Shown: positions 7,840 to 18,340 of the stretch, one piece after another
Layout: each line of letters opens with the position of its first letter
How positions within the stretch are numbered: position 1 is the first letter of the stretch
Assembly: GCA_964012805.1 (NCBI GenBank)
Contig: CAXGUD010000035.1
Span: forward strand, 1 to 36,919
DNA: 36,919 nucleotides
Reading direction: 5' to 3'
Source: an uncultured Bacteriovoracaceae bacterium
GTDB taxonomy: Bacteria > Bdellovibrionota > Bacteriovoracia > Bacteriovoracales > Bacteriovoracaceae
Program-made: the position numbers and the translations under genes
Notes under the pieces: model-generated
What the model saw: the letters and a program-made list of their open reading frames with translations, nothing else
What the model was told of the DNA's origin: nothing
Databases searched by the model: none

Positions 7840-10507
7840 TTTGCCTTTTTAAAAAAGCCTGAGCTGCAGCTATTCTTGCAACAGGAACTCGATAGGGGGA
7901 GCAACTAATATAATCAAACCCTAAATCTGCACAAAACTCAATAGATTTGGGATCTCCTCCATGCTCTCCACATATACCGATATGAAGTTTAGAATTGCTT
8001 TTCTTGCCTTCAACTGCCGCAAACTTAACTAAAAAGCCTACGCCATCCTTATCCAAAGAGACAAAAGGATCTTCTGGAAAAATACCTTTATTAATGTAAT
8101 CTGGTAAAAATTTTACAGAATCATCTCTTGATAAGCCATAAGTTGTTTGGGTTAGATCATTGGTACCAAATGAAAAGAACTCAGCTTCTTTTGCTATTAC
8201 TCCCGCACAAATAGCCGCACGAGGCAGTTCAATCATTGTACCAATTTTAAACTGAATAGAGTCCTTTTTTTCTGCGAACAGCTTATCAGCAATGTCATAA
8301 ATATCTTTTTTTATTTCTTTTAATTCATCGCTGCCAGAAACTAGAGGAACCATTATCTCAATATTAGTTTTCCCTCCCATTGCCTTATATTCCAAACCAG
8401 CCTCAAGAATTGCTGAAACCTGCATCCTGTAAATCTCAGGGTAACTAATAGCAAGCCTACAACCACGATGACCCAACATAGGATTAAATTCTTCGAGTCT
8501 TTTTTGAGTTTCAAAAACATTTTCTTTAGAAACACCTAAATGGTTGGATAACTCAATTTGCTCATTTTTATTTTGAGGTAAGAACTCATGAAGAGGTGGA
8601 TCCAACAATCTCACATTGACTGGCTTTCCCTCCATAATTTTAAAGATATTTAAAAAATCATACTTCTGAAAAGGTTGAATTTTATCCAAAGCTTTTTTTC
8701 TTAGAGAAGTATTTTCAGCAAAGATCATCTCTCTTACCAAAATAACTCTTTCTGGATCAAAAAACATATGTTCTGTTCGGCAAAGACCTATACCTTCAGC
8801 TCCCAAGTCTAAAGCAGCTTGTACATCTTTAGGTGTATCAGCGTTTGTCCTAATTTTCATCTTCTTAAAGGAGTCAACCCAATTCATAAAAAGGGAGAAA
8901 TCTTCGGTCATCTCTGCTGAAATCGTAGGGACTATCCCCGACATAACAGACCCCTCAGAACCTTCTATCGTTATAAAATCTCCCTCATAATAAGTTTCAC
9001 CAGATAGTGAAAATTTATTATTTATACAATCGACAATAATATTATTACAGCCAGCAACACAAGGTTTCCCCATTCCTCTTGCAACAACTGCCGCATGAGA
9101 AGTCATACCACCCCTAGCTGTTAAGACTCCTTGAGCCGCAATCATTCCAGAAATATCTTCAGGGCTTGTTTCCTGCCGTACCAAAATGACATTTTTGCCT
9201 TCACTAGAAAGTCTTACAGCTTCTTCTGAGGAAAATACCACACTCCCTGAGGCGGCTCCTGGAGATGCTGGTAAACCCCTTCCAATTATTTTCCTCGGAC
9301 TAGAAGGGTCTAACCTAGGATGGAGAAGTTGTTCTATTTGATCTGGCGAAACTTTTAAAACCGCTTCTTCTTTAGTAATTAACCCTTCATTCACCATGTC
9401 GACGACAATTTTAATTGCACTCAGGGCCGTTCGCTTACCATTCCTTGTTTGAAGGATGTATAACTTATCTTTTTCTATAGTAAATTCGATATCCTGCATG
9501 TCTTTATAGTGAAGCTCTAACTTTTTGTAGATATTTTCTAATTCTCTATATACTTTTGGCATTAAACTCTGGAGGGTGGGGAAGCTCTCATTCCTTTCAT
9601 TTTTGGATGCTTCGTTTATAGGCCCTGGAACTCTTATGCCTGCAACAACGTCCTCACCTTGAGCATTCATTAAAAACTCACCGAAGAAAATATTTTTTCC
9701 GTCTGAAGGATCTCTTGTGAAGCAAACTCCAGTTCCTGACTCATTACCCATATTCCCAAAAACCATCGACTGAATATTCACTGCAGTTCCCCAATCATGA
9801 GAGAAACCATTCAAATTCCGGTATTGATAAGCTCTCTCATTGTTCCAAGAGCTAAATACAGCTGAGATTGCCTTCCAAAGCTGCTCCCAAGGATCTTCAG
9901 GAAAAGCAACTCCTTGAGATTCAATAATAAGTTCCTTATATCTATCCGTTAACTTTACTAAGTCATCTACACTTAACTCACTTTCTTGAGTAACACTTCT
10001 CGCATCTTTTAGATCTTCAAGAGTAGATTCAAAAAGAGATGATTCAATCCCTAAAACTACATTCCCAAACATTTGAACAAATCGTCTATATGAGTCCCAA
10101 GCAAACCAGCTATTGCCTGTTTGCTTGGACAACCCTCGAACTGTTTCAGCATTCAGGCCCAAGTTCAAAATCGTATCCATCATACCTGGCATGGAGACCC
10201 TGGCTCCTGACCTTATTGAAAAAAGAAGTGGATTAGTAGGATCTCCAAACTTTTTGCCCGTTAGGCTTTCAACTTTTTTTAGAGACTCTAAAACCTGGTC
10301 TTCAATAGAGGACCTTAGTTTTTCATCGTTTTTATAAAAATCAATACAAGCTTCGGTAGTTAGAGTGAAACCTGGTGGGACAGGAAGGTTTAAAGAGGAC
10401 ATCTCAGCAAGGTTTGCACCCTTTCCGCCTAAAAGGTTTTTCATTTCCCTCCGGCCCTCTGTTGATGAAGAACTAAAATTATAGACCCATTTCAAATCAT
10501 CCATCAT
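7829..10507 (-). CDS. ppdK: Pyruvate, phosphate dikinase
   Basis: LLGGKGANLAEM, RSGARVSMPGMMDTILNLG, GGMTSHAAVVAR (phospho-His), FSFGTNDLTQ, GICGEHGGDP; 892 aa. Confidence 0.99.
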   Translation of the reverse strand: MMDDLKWVYNFSSSSTEGRREMKNLLGGKGANLAEMSSLNLPVPPGFTLTTEACIDFYKNDEKLRSSIEDQVLESLKKVESLTGKKFGDPTNPLLFSIRSGARVSMPGMMDTILNLGLNAETVRGLSKQTGNSWFAWDSYRRFVQMFGNVVLGIESSLFESTLEDLKDARSVTQESELSVDDLVKLTDRYKELIIESQGVAFPEDPWEQLWKAISAVFSSWNNERAYQYRNLNGFSHDWGTAVNIQSMVFGNMGNESGTGVCFTRDPSDGKNIFFGEFLMNAQGEDVVAGIRVPGPINEASKNERNESFPTLQSLMPKVYRELENIYKKLELHYKDMQDIEFTIEKDKLYILQTRNGKRTALSAIKIVVDMVNEGLITKEEAVLKVSPDQIEQLLHPRLDPSSPRKIIGRGLPASPGAASGSVVFSSEEAVRLSSEGKNVILVRQETSPEDISGMIAAQGVLTARGGMTSHAAVVARGMGKPCVAGCNNIIVDCINNKFSLSGETYYEGDFITIEGSEGSVMSGIVPTISAEMTEDFSLFMNWVDSFKKMKIRTNADTPKDVQAALDLGAEGIGLCRTEHMFFDPERVILVREMIFAENTSLRKKALDKIQPFQKYDFLNIFKIMEGKPVNVRLLDPPLHEFLPQNKNEQIELSNHLGVSKENVFETQKRLEEFNPMLGHRGCRLAISYPEIYRMQVSAILEAGLEYKAMGGKTNIEIMVPLVSGSDELKEIKKDIYDIADKLFAEKKDSIQFKIGTMIELPRAAICAGVIAKEAEFFSFGTNDLTQTTYGLSRDDSVKFLPDYINKGIFPEDPFVSLDKDGVGFLVKFAAVEGKKSNSKLHIGICGEHGGDPKSIEFCADLGFDYISCSPYRVPVARIAAAQAFLKRQNEK

Positions 10508-10535
10508 ATCCCCTTTGAAAAATTTTCTTGAGGTA

Positions 10536-11861
10536 CTAAAAATGTAACTTGTCTTTTAAATACCTTACTATATTTTCTATTGGAATTCTTTCTTGCTTCA
10601 TAGAATCTCTATCTCTAACAGTTAAAGCTTGATCTTCCAGAGAATCGTAATCAATTGTTAGACAGTAAGGAGTCCCTATTTCATCCTGGCGCCGGTATCT
10701 TTTTCCAATTGAACCAGCTACGTCATATTCAGCTTTATAATGCTCTTGAACTGTAGCAAAGACCTTTCTTGCGACTTCTTCTAGATTACCCTTTTTCATT
10801 AATGGCATAACTGCGACTTTAATCGGAGATAGCTTTGGATTCATTTTTAAAACGGTTCTTTCTGTATCCTTATCTCCCTCATTTTCAACTCTATACGAGT
10901 CACACAAAACTGCTAAAAGAGAACGGTCACAACCAACACTTGTTTCAATAACGTAGGGGATATACTTTTTATTTCCATCAGATTGATCGACATATTGAAG
11001 GTTTTTGCCAGAAAACTCCTGGTGTTGGCCAAGGTCAAAGTCTGTCCTTGAATGAACTCCTTCCATTTCACCCCAGCCATTAGGAAATAGATATTCAATA
11101 TCTGTAGCAGCATCAGCATAATGAGCCAACTTATCTTCAGGATGAGGCTCCCACCTCATCATTTCCTCTCGGATGCCATTATCCTTATGCCAATTCCATC
11201 TAGTTTCTTTCCACTTTTCCATAGAGTCCATCTGAGTTCCTGGCTTAACAAAATATTGCATTTCCATTTGCTCAAATTCTCTTGTTCTAAAAATAAAATT
11301 TCCGGGAGTTATCTCATTCCTAAAAGCCTTTCCAATTTGGGCAATTCCAAAAGGAAGTTTCTTTCTCATAGTTGATTGGACATTAAGAAAATTTACAAAG
11401 ATACCCTGAGCAGTTTCAGGTCTCAAATAGACAGTAGAGGAAGCATCCTCCATGGCTCCGATTTGAGTTTTGAACATAAGATTAAAGTCTCTTGCTTCAG
11501 TAAAACTGTCTTTCGAACCACATTGAGGGCAAGGGGCTTTCGGATCAACATGATCTGCTCTAAAACGGGCTTTACAATTCTTACAGTCAATCAAAGGGTC
11601 AGAAAATCCATCAACATGACCAGATGCCTTCCAAATTGTTGGGTGCATAAGTATAGAGCTATCCACACCTACAACATCCTCTCTAAATGTCATTGACTTC
11701 CACCAGCTGGCTTTTACATTATTTTTTAATTCAACACCAAGTGCTCCATAATCCCAACAACCCGAGAGACCTCCATATACTTCTGAGCTTTGAAAAATAA
11801 AACCTCTTCTTTTACAAAGGCTAACTAAGTCACTCATTGATTTTAAATTCTTCTCACTCAC
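10536..11861 (-). CDS. glyQS: Glycine--tRNA ligase, alpha2 (single-subunit) type
   Basis: [31 protein letters not shown], CxxC...CxxC insertion, [15 protein letters not shown] anticodon domain. GTG start with SD GGGAG. Confidence 0.97.
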   Translation of the reverse strand: MSEKNLKSMSDLVSLCKRRGFIFQSSEVYGGLSGCWDYGALGVELKNNVKASWWKSMTFREDVVGVDSSILMHPTIWKASGHVDGFSDPLIDCKNCKARFRADHVDPKAPCPQCGSKDSFTEARDFNLMFKTQIGAMEDASSTVYLRPETAQGIFVNFLNVQSTMRKKLPFGIAQIGKAFRNEITPGNFIFRTREFEQMEMQYFVKPGTQMDSMEKWKETRWNWHKDNGIREEMMRWEPHPEDKLAHYADAATDIEYLFPNGWGEMEGVHSRTDFDLGQHQEFSGKNLQYVDQSDGNKKYIPYVIETSVGCDRSLLAVLCDSYRVENEGDKDTERTVLKMNPKLSPIKVAVMPLMKKGNLEEVARKVFATVQEHYKAEYDVAGSIGKRYRRQDEIGTPYCLTIDYDSLEDQALTVRDRDSMKQERIPIENIVRYLKDKLHF

Positions 11862-11966
11862 TTCTTCTCTCCCACCACAAAAAAATCTTCACCTGCTTCA
11901 AAGTCAATAACTGAACGACAGGATGATAACTTAATCCAGTCGCTTTTAATAGCCCTTATAGCAAAC

Positions 11967-12752
11967 TTAACCCAAATGCCTTAATGTTTTAAAAGAGTTA
12001 GGAGAGAGTTGATATTGGTAACAAAAGTAGTCAAAAAGTGACCATGAAAGTGATTTATTTACGTTCTTAGAAGGCACAAAGTCTCGAAACTCTACACAAG
12101 CAACCAAGTCCAATGCTCTCAACATCTCAACGCCCCCTAAATATTTATTTTCATTCAGACTTGAACATGAATCACAGGAGAAGCCGCCCTGACTCGCAAC
12201 GAGATTAATAGCAGTACTAAGCCTAAGCTGTTCTCCACAAAAGCAGCAGCTATCTCTTAGAGGAAAAAGGCCCTGGTGAAGAAGCAACTTTCCCAAAAAG
12301 GTGAACATATGAAACGAGGCATCAAAAAAATGACCCGACATATCTTTATTTAACATATAGAGAGAATTGCTCAAAACCCTAAATATACCCTCAGAAGACA
12401 AATCAGAGAATTCCTCATCTTCAAAATCATGAGGTGGCGCAATTTTGTCCACGACCTCCATAAAAAAACAAAGTAGAAAAAAGTGTTTAACTGAATTCCT
12501 AACACTTTCTGGTGCCCAAACTAAAGACCATTCTTTTGTTTGGACCATAGAAGGATCACGTTTGTAAGGAGCAAGCGTCGCCTGAATCATATGCCCACTG
12601 TCAATATACGAAGCCTTTTTCTTTAAACTCCCTCTACCCCCATAAAAAAGGACTGAAGCTTTTTTGCCATTTCTTAAAATCAGCCTTCCAATAAAATGTT
12701 TATCTTTAAACGGTGTTTTTGAAACCAGAATTCCCTCAAGTCTAGAAATCAT
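11967..12752 (-). CDS. recO: DNA repair protein RecO
   Basis: OB-fold-like N-terminus (LEGILVSKTPFKDKH), helical middle, CxxC...GGFxCxxC zinc site; position upstream of GlyRS matches known recO-glyS synteny. Confidence 0.85.
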   Translation of the reverse strand: MISRLEGILVSKTPFKDKHFIGRLILRNGKKASVLFYGGRGSLKKKASYIDSGHMIQATLAPYKRDPSMVQTKEWSLVWAPESVRNSVKHFFLLCFFMEVVDKIAPPHDFEDEEFSDLSSEGIFRVLSNSLYMLNKDMSGHFFDASFHMFTFLGKLLLHQGLFPLRDSCCFCGEQLRLSTAINLVASQGGFSCDSCSSLNENKYLGGVEMLRALDLVACVEFRDFVPSKNVNKSLSWSLFDYFCYQYQLSPNSFKTLRHLG

Positions 12753-13819
12753 TTCTTCCTCACTCTCACGAAAACCAGCAAGAACATAAAAAGATCCATT
12801 AAAATAGCCCGAACAAAATAAACAAAACTATTTTGTTTTCCAAGAAACGAATTAAAGCCAAAAAACTCAAAATCCTCTCCTCTTCTACCTCCACGTCCCA
12901 CCATTTGAAACCATAAATCCTTGTTTTTCACATGGTATGTGAAAAAAACGCCCCTTACGGTACCCAAGTTCACCCCATGGCTCAAGGCGCTAGTAGTGCA
13001 AATACAGTCAACCTCTTTAACTCTAGTAAACTGTTCTAAGAAAGCTCCGACCTCACCTCCCTTACAACCTAATGCCTTAAAACCTAATTCACTCAGCTCT
13101 CTTACTAAAGCATCTACCTCCATTCTTCGATAACAAAAAACCAAAAGAATCCCTTTACCCTTTAGCCGTAAGGTTCTAATAAGCCTCCTTTTAAGCATAT
13201 TTTTAGAAAAAGGAAATTTTTTTGGAGGAAATAAAATAATTTTTTTAGGTTTATTTTTTAGGCATTGGTTTCCTAAATTAATAAAAATAATTTTTTCAAA
13301 ATTTAAAAAATTTTTAAAATTACTTCTAAAAAAATTTATCAAAGATTGATCAAAAGTCGCTGATAAAGCCAATAGAGGGTAGCCTGAGTTTGTAGCTTCC
13401 ATAAAAACCTCCCACATGACCGGTCGAAAGTCTAAGCCCCAATAAAAAAAAAGGTGAAATTCATCTAAGACAATTAAAGTTTCACCAATAAGGGATCCTT
13501 CAAGCTCATTTGAAATCATCGAAGAAATCAATTCAGGTGTTACAATGAGAATCGCCTTCCTTGCCAAAACAAATTGACGAAAAAGAGGCTTAACTTCGCT
13601 ATAATTTTGAATTAAAGAACAACCTTCAAACTTATCTTTTTTTAACCTTTCATAAAACTCATTAGCAAGGGCCCTCAATGGAGAAACAAAAATGACTTTT
13701 TTATTCCCACTTTTATAGAGGTCTAAAATAAGGCTCGTTTTTCCCCAACCTGGAGGTGCCATAAGTATAGTCAGCCTCCTTTCGCCCATAGAAATATCGT
13801 TAATTTTAATGTTTTCCAT
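12749..13819 (-). CDS. Minimal RecQ-like SF2 (DExH) helicase
   Basis: Motif I APPGWGKT, Ia VSPLRAL, TPE, motif II DEFH followed by the RecQ-type WGLDFRP loop, motif III LSAT, TSALSHGVN, motif VI QMVGRGGR; only 356 aa. Confidence 0.85.
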   Translation of the reverse strand: MENIKINDISMGERRLTILMAPPGWGKTSLILDLYKSGNKKVIFVSPLRALANEFYERLKKDKFEGCSLIQNYSEVKPLFRQFVLARKAILIVTPELISSMISNELEGSLIGETLIVLDEFHLFFYWGLDFRPVMWEVFMEATNSGYPLLALSATFDQSLINFFRSNFKNFLNFEKIIFINLGNQCLKNKPKKIILFPPKKFPFSKNMLKRRLIRTLRLKGKGILLVFCYRRMEVDALVRELSELGFKALGCKGGEVGAFLEQFTRVKEVDCICTTSALSHGVNLGTVRGVFFTYHVKNKDLWFQMVGRGGRRGEDFEFFGFNSFLGKQNSFVYFVRAILMDLFMFLLVFVRVRKK

Positions 13820-13951
13820 TGGAAAACATCATTTGCAAAATATATTTTATTTACTTTTTCACAATATACTGAAACTCCTAAAAAAATCCTAACCAAAACA
13901 ATTTTTTTGTCCTATAGAAGATGAAAATTTCTCAAAATAAAATTATAAAAA

Positions 13952-14677
13952 ATGAATACAATAATTATAAAAAACAGTGAACTTTTGGAACCGGATCTAT
14001 ACCAGATTCAAAATAAAGAAATAGTTAATCATATACAAAAAGTTTTAAAGCTAAAAGTCGGAGAGGCTCTGAAGGTTTGCCTTGTAAATGAAGGTATCGG
14101 AACTGGTATTATTAAATCTCTCTCAAGTGCAGAAGCTATAATTTTTCTCAAAAAGAAAAATGTACTAAAAAAAAGAAATCCATGGGTTAATCTTATTATT
14201 GGACTTTCAAGACCTCAAACATGCAAAAAAGTCTTAGAATTAGGGACCAGTATGGGCGTCAAAAGCTTTGAATTTCTAGATGCAAAGCTTTCTGAAAAAA
14301 GCTATGCCCAATCAAAAGTTTTTCAAAATAATGCTTTTGAAAAGTATCTCTTGAATGGTCTATCTCAATCTTCAAACCTACACATCATGCCTTCTTTAAA
14401 AGTTGAAAAAAGCCTCAAAAAAGAGTCTGGAGAAGAAGGTGAACAGAAATTGATTTTAAGCCCTTTTTCTGAAAAAAGTCTTAATGACATTTCTTTGGAC
14501 TTTGAAAAGCCAATAACAGTTGCCATAGGACCTGAAAGAGGCTGGACAGGCAAAGAAGTGGAAAAGTTTAAAAGTCATAATTTTTTAGAAGTAAAAATTT
14601 CAAGCTCAGTTCTAAGAGTAGAAACAGCGACTATAAGTGTACTTTCACAGCTTGAATTATTGAAAAATAAAATTTAA
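13952..14677 (+). CDS. rsmE: 16S rRNA m3U1498 methyltransferase
   Basis: HIQKVLKL, ELGTSMGV, AIGPERGW and VLRVETA SPOUT motifs. Confidence 0.93.
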   Translation: MNTIIIKNSELLEPDLYQIQNKEIVNHIQKVLKLKVGEALKVCLVNEGIGTGIIKSLSSAEAIIFLKKKNVLKKRNPWVNLIIGLSRPQTCKKVLELGTSMGVKSFEFLDAKLSEKSYAQSKVFQNNAFEKYLLNGLSQSSNLHIMPSLKVEKSLKKESGEEGEQKLILSPFSEKSLNDISLDFEKPITVAIGPERGWTGKEVEKFKSHNFLEVKISSSVLRVETATISVLSQLELLKNKI

Positions 14678-14745
14678 ATAAAATGAAATAAAATACTAAA
14701 AAAGTATGGTAAAATTCTATACGTAATAAGGGATGAGGGCTTTTT

Positions 14746-15000
14746 ATGAGAAGAAAAATTGACTCCCTCCTGGAGGAGCAAGTTAGACCAGGTTTAGCAG
14801 CTCATGGCGGGAATGTAGAAGTTATTGATGTTGATAATGACCAGGTTTTCCTTAAATTAACCGGTGGTTGTCATGGCTGCTCTGCTTCAAGTGCAACCTT
14901 AAAGCAAGGCATAGAGAAAGTCATAAAGCAAAATTTCCCTGAAATTAAAGATGTCATAGATCTTACTGATCATAAATCTGGAGAAAACCCCTACATGTAA
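14746..15000 (+). CDS. Stand-alone NifU-domain (Nfu) Fe-S cluster carrier
   Basis: VRPGLAAHGGNVE, GGCHGC (CxxC), TLKQGIE, DLTDHxxGENPY; SD GAGG. Confidence 0.92.
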   Translation: MRRKIDSLLEEQVRPGLAAHGGNVEVIDVDNDQVFLKLTGGCHGCSASSATLKQGIEKVIKQNFPEIKDVIDLTDHKSGENPYM

Positions 15001-15064
15001 AACCACATAAAAGCTCGTTTACTTTTTTTGTGACATAACTTAATAAATTTTATTTAATTATGTT

Positions 15065-16096
15065 ATGAAAAAAATAGTTATAAAAAAATACGGCGGGTAC
15101 AGCCAACTCCAATATCTCGATGCTTCTGTGCCTAAACCCCCTCCAGGACATATACTCGTAAGAACAAAGTCTATTGGAGTTAACTATGCTGATGTTTGTG
15201 TAAGATGGGGCATCTACGAATCTGCGAAAAAACTTAAAGGACTTCCCATTACACCAGGGTTTGAATTCTCTGGCAAAATCGAAGAGCTCGGCGAAGGTGT
15301 AAAAAACTTTAAAGTTGACGACAGGGTCTTTGGGCTTACTTTTTTTGAAGCATATTCAGAGTTTGTTATTGTTCCAACTCACCAACTTTTTAAAATACCT
15401 CCAAACCTCACTTATGATGAAGCTAGCGCTTTCCCAGTTACCTTCATAACTGCTTATCATGCTCTATTTCAAAATATAATTTTGAGAAAGAATATGAAAA
15501 TTTTAATTCACTCTGCAGCTGGTGGGGTTGGAAGCTCACTTGTCCAGTTAGCTAAAACCAAAGGGTGCCATGTAACGGGCGTTGTGGGTAAAACTCACAA
15601 AGTCCCACTCGTTGAAAAATTGGGAGCCGATAAAGTCATTGATAAATCAAAAGAACAGCTCTGGACAAAGGCAGAGTCCATTTCGCCAGAGGGCTTTGAT
15701 ATTATCCTTGATGCTAATGGATATTCAACGTTAAAGGATAGCTACGGACACCTTAAACCAACAGGGAAACTCATCTCTTATGGTTTTCATTCAATGCTGC
15801 CAAAAAAAGGCGGTAAAATTAACTACATTTCTCTTGCTTTGAACTATTTAAAAAGTCCTTGGTTTAACCCAGTTCATATGAGTAACCTAAACAAGAGTCT
15901 CATTACATTTAACCTCTCTTTTCTTTTCAGCAGAAAAGATCTTTTAGAAGAAGCTATTTTTGATCTTTTATCTATGCTAAAAGAAGAAAAAATAAAGTTA
16001 CCTCCAATAACAACATTTCCTCTTAAAGAAGTGGCAAAAGCTCACCAGGCAATAGAGTCTGGAGAAACAATTGGCAAAATTGTTCTTAATTCTTAG
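15065..16096 (+). CDS. Medium-chain dehydrogenase/reductase, zinc-free VAT-1/quinone oxidoreductase-like
   Basis: GVNYADxxxRxG, TPGFEFSG, LIHSAAGGVG NADPH motif, AHQAIESGETIGKIVL. Confidence 0.9.
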   Translation: MKKIVIKKYGGYSQLQYLDASVPKPPPGHILVRTKSIGVNYADVCVRWGIYESAKKLKGLPITPGFEFSGKIEELGEGVKNFKVDDRVFGLTFFEAYSEFVIVPTHQLFKIPPNLTYDEASAFPVTFITAYHALFQNIILRKNMKILIHSAAGGVGSSLVQLAKTKGCHVTGVVGKTHKVPLVEKLGADKVIDKSKEQLWTKAESISPEGFDIILDANGYSTLKDSYGHLKPTGKLISYGFHSMLPKKGGKINYISLALNYLKSPWFNPVHMSNLNKSLITFNLSFLFSRKDLLEEAIFDLLSMLKEEKIKLPPITTFPLKEVAKAHQAIESGETIGKIVLNS

Positions 16097-16113
16097 TATT
16101 GGTAAGTAATGAT

Positions 16114-16902
16114 TCAAAAAATTTTTATGGAATCTCGAACTGACTTGATTTTATTTAAATCTAAGTCACAAACCTCAACCCCTTCACCCTCTTTTAAGTC
16201 AATAAGAATATCTCCCCAAGGGTCTACGACAAGAGAGTGTCCAAAAGTACTTATTTTATCATTGTTACGACCCCATTGCCCAGGAGCCACGACAAAACAC
16301 TGACTTTCAATGGCCCTGGCACGAACCAAGGTATGCCAATGTGCTTTTCCAGATGGTACTGTAAAAGCTGATCCAATTGTTAAAAGCTCAGCACCATTTA
16401 AAACATAATCTCTGTACATATTTGGAAATCGAAGATCAAAACAGATAGACAAACCTATTTTTACCCCCATAGCTTCAATCAACTTAGGTTTGTCACCCGG
16501 AGTATAAATATCACTCTCATTAATTACTTTAATACTTCCAGACTTTTTAAGAGCACATGAGAATAAGTTTATTTTATCGTAATATCCTAAATCTTCTCCA
16601 TCCCAAGAGAAGTTGTAGCATCTATTAACAATCTGACCCTCATCATTTAAAGTAGCGGCAGAGCCCCCTAATACATAAACTGAATTTTCTATTGAAAGGT
16701 TTTGAATATTCTTATAGTGCTCATTTTTATCTTCAATCGTGTATGGGGTTGGACTCCTTCCATCACTCATGGAGTAAAAGCATTCTGGTAAAAAAACAGC
16801 CTTGGCTCCTTTTTCCTTAGCTTCTTTTATAAAAGAGTTAATTTTGGATAGATTTTCTCTAAAGTCTAAACTAGAGCAAATTTGGATAATTCCAATTTTC
16901 AA
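16114..16902 (-). CDS. Carbon-nitrogen hydrolase, Nit1/deaminated glutathione amidase-like
   Basis: Glu-Lys-Cys triad motifs FLPEC, YDKINLF and ICFDLRFP; AFTVPSGKAHW; RARAIE; GHSLVVDPWG. TTG start. Confidence 0.9.
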   Translation of the reverse strand: MKIGIIQICSSLDFRENLSKINSFIKEAKEKGAKAVFLPECFYSMSDGRSPTPYTIEDKNEHYKNIQNLSIENSVYVLGGSAATLNDEGQIVNRCYNFSWDGEDLGYYDKINLFSCALKKSGSIKVINESDIYTPGDKPKLIEAMGVKIGLSICFDLRFPNMYRDYVLNGAELLTIGSAFTVPSGKAHWHTLVRARAIESQCFVVAPGQWGRNNDKISTFGHSLVVDPWGDILIDLKEGEGVEVCDLDLNKIKSVRDSIKIF

Positions 16903-16904
16903 AA

Positions 16905-18233
16905 TTAACGACCTCTAATTTTTTTTCCGATAGCAAAGTAGTCTATTCCCTCTTCAAGAACCTTCTCGGTTGGGAACAAATTCCTTGCATCAAAAATAAC
17001 AGGTGTTTCCAAGCTCTCTTTAATGCTCACAAAACTAGGTGAACGAAACTCCCCCCACTCTGTCATAACAACAAGTCCATTACTACCTCTTAGGGCAAGG
17101 TCCTTATCTTCGCAAACGGAAATACCTTTGGCCAATTCAGGAGATAACTCCTTTATAACTGCCATAAAGTTTTCTGCTCCTTCAGGGTCGTAAACCTTTA
17201 ACTTAGCACCTTCAGAGAGCAATAATTCGGCCATAACAAGAGAAGAAGACTCTCGTACATCATCTGTATTAGCTTTGAAAGAAAGCCCCCAAAAAGTAAA
17301 CACTTTTCCTTCCAGCTTTCCTTTGAAATAATCTTTGATCTTATAAAACATAATTTTTTTTTGTTTTTCATTCACACTTTCTGTGGCCATTATCAACTCT
17401 AGAGGAAGATCATGCTCCTGACCTGTTTGCACTAGAGCCTGAACATCCTTTGGAAAGCAACTGCCTCCATATCCTGGACCAGGATAAAGGAATTGTCCTC
17501 CGATCCTATTATCAGTCGCCATACCGTCACGAACTTCTTCGATGTCTGCACCAGTTAAATCACACAATCTAGAGACTTCGTTAATAAAGGAAATTTTGGT
17601 GGCAAGAAAACAGTTCGCTGCATATTTTGTCATTTCTGCTGACAAATTAGACATTTCTAAATACTGAGCACCATTTACAATAGGAGAAAAAAGCTCCCTC
17701 AAAGTATCCTTAACAAAAGCATCTTTATAACCAACGACAACTCTATCAGGCTCCATAAAATCTTTAACCGCACTTCCTTCTCTCAAAAACTCAGGATTAT
17801 TAACTACAGCAAATCTTTTTGTAGTTACACTAGAAATGACCTCAGCGACTTTAACATGTGTCCCTACAGGAACTGTGGACTTTATTACAACAATTGTATC
17901 ATCACTTAAGTTTTCTCCTACATCTTTTGCGGCTTGAAAAAGATACTCAAGGTTTGCTTTTCCATTTGACTGAGAGGGAGTTCCTACAGCTAAAAATACG
18001 ATCTTAGAACGGCACACAGAAGTATAATCAGAAGAAAACTTTAGCCTTTTCTTCTCCCTATTTTTCTCGACAAGCTCTTTTAAGCCAGGTTCAAAAATAG
18101 GTATCTTCCCCTCGTTCAGAGATTCTATCTTTTTTGTGTCTATATCAATGCAAGAAACTTTATTCCCAATTTCAGAAAAACACGTGCCTGCAACCAACCC
18201 AACGTAGCCTGTTCCAATAACACTTAACTCCAT
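16905..18233 (-). CDS. ugd: UDP-glucose 6-dehydrogenase
   Basis: GTGYVG, IKSTVPVGT, NPEFLREG, KYAAN, GYGGSCFPKD. Start moved to ATG 18233 (MELSVIG), preceded by SD GGGAG. Confidence 0.93.
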   Translation of the reverse strand: MELSVIGTGYVGLVAGTCFSEIGNKVSCIDIDTKKIESLNEGKIPIFEPGLKELVEKNREKKRLKFSSDYTSVCRSKIVFLAVGTPSQSNGKANLEYLFQAAKDVGENLSDDTIVVIKSTVPVGTHVKVAEVISSVTTKRFAVVNNPEFLREGSAVKDFMEPDRVVVGYKDAFVKDTLRELFSPIVNGAQYLEMSNLSAEMTKYAANCFLATKISFINEVSRLCDLTGADIEEVRDGMATDNRIGGQFLYPGPGYGGSCFPKDVQALVQTGQEHDLPLELIMATESVNEKQKKIMFYKIKDYFKGKLEGKVFTFWGLSFKANTDDVRESSSLVMAELLLSEGAKLKVYDPEGAENFMAVIKELSPELAKGISVCEDKDLALRGSNGLVVMTEWGEFRSPSFVSIKESLETPVIFDARNLFPTEKVLEEGIDYFAIGKKIRGR

Positions 18234-18340
18234 AAAAGACTCCCAACGAAAAGAATTTTTGAAATTACTGCTCAAAATGAGTAACATAACACTTGTAGAA
18301 TATTAAGAGAAATCCAATCATTCAAAATGAAGGCAAAAAA

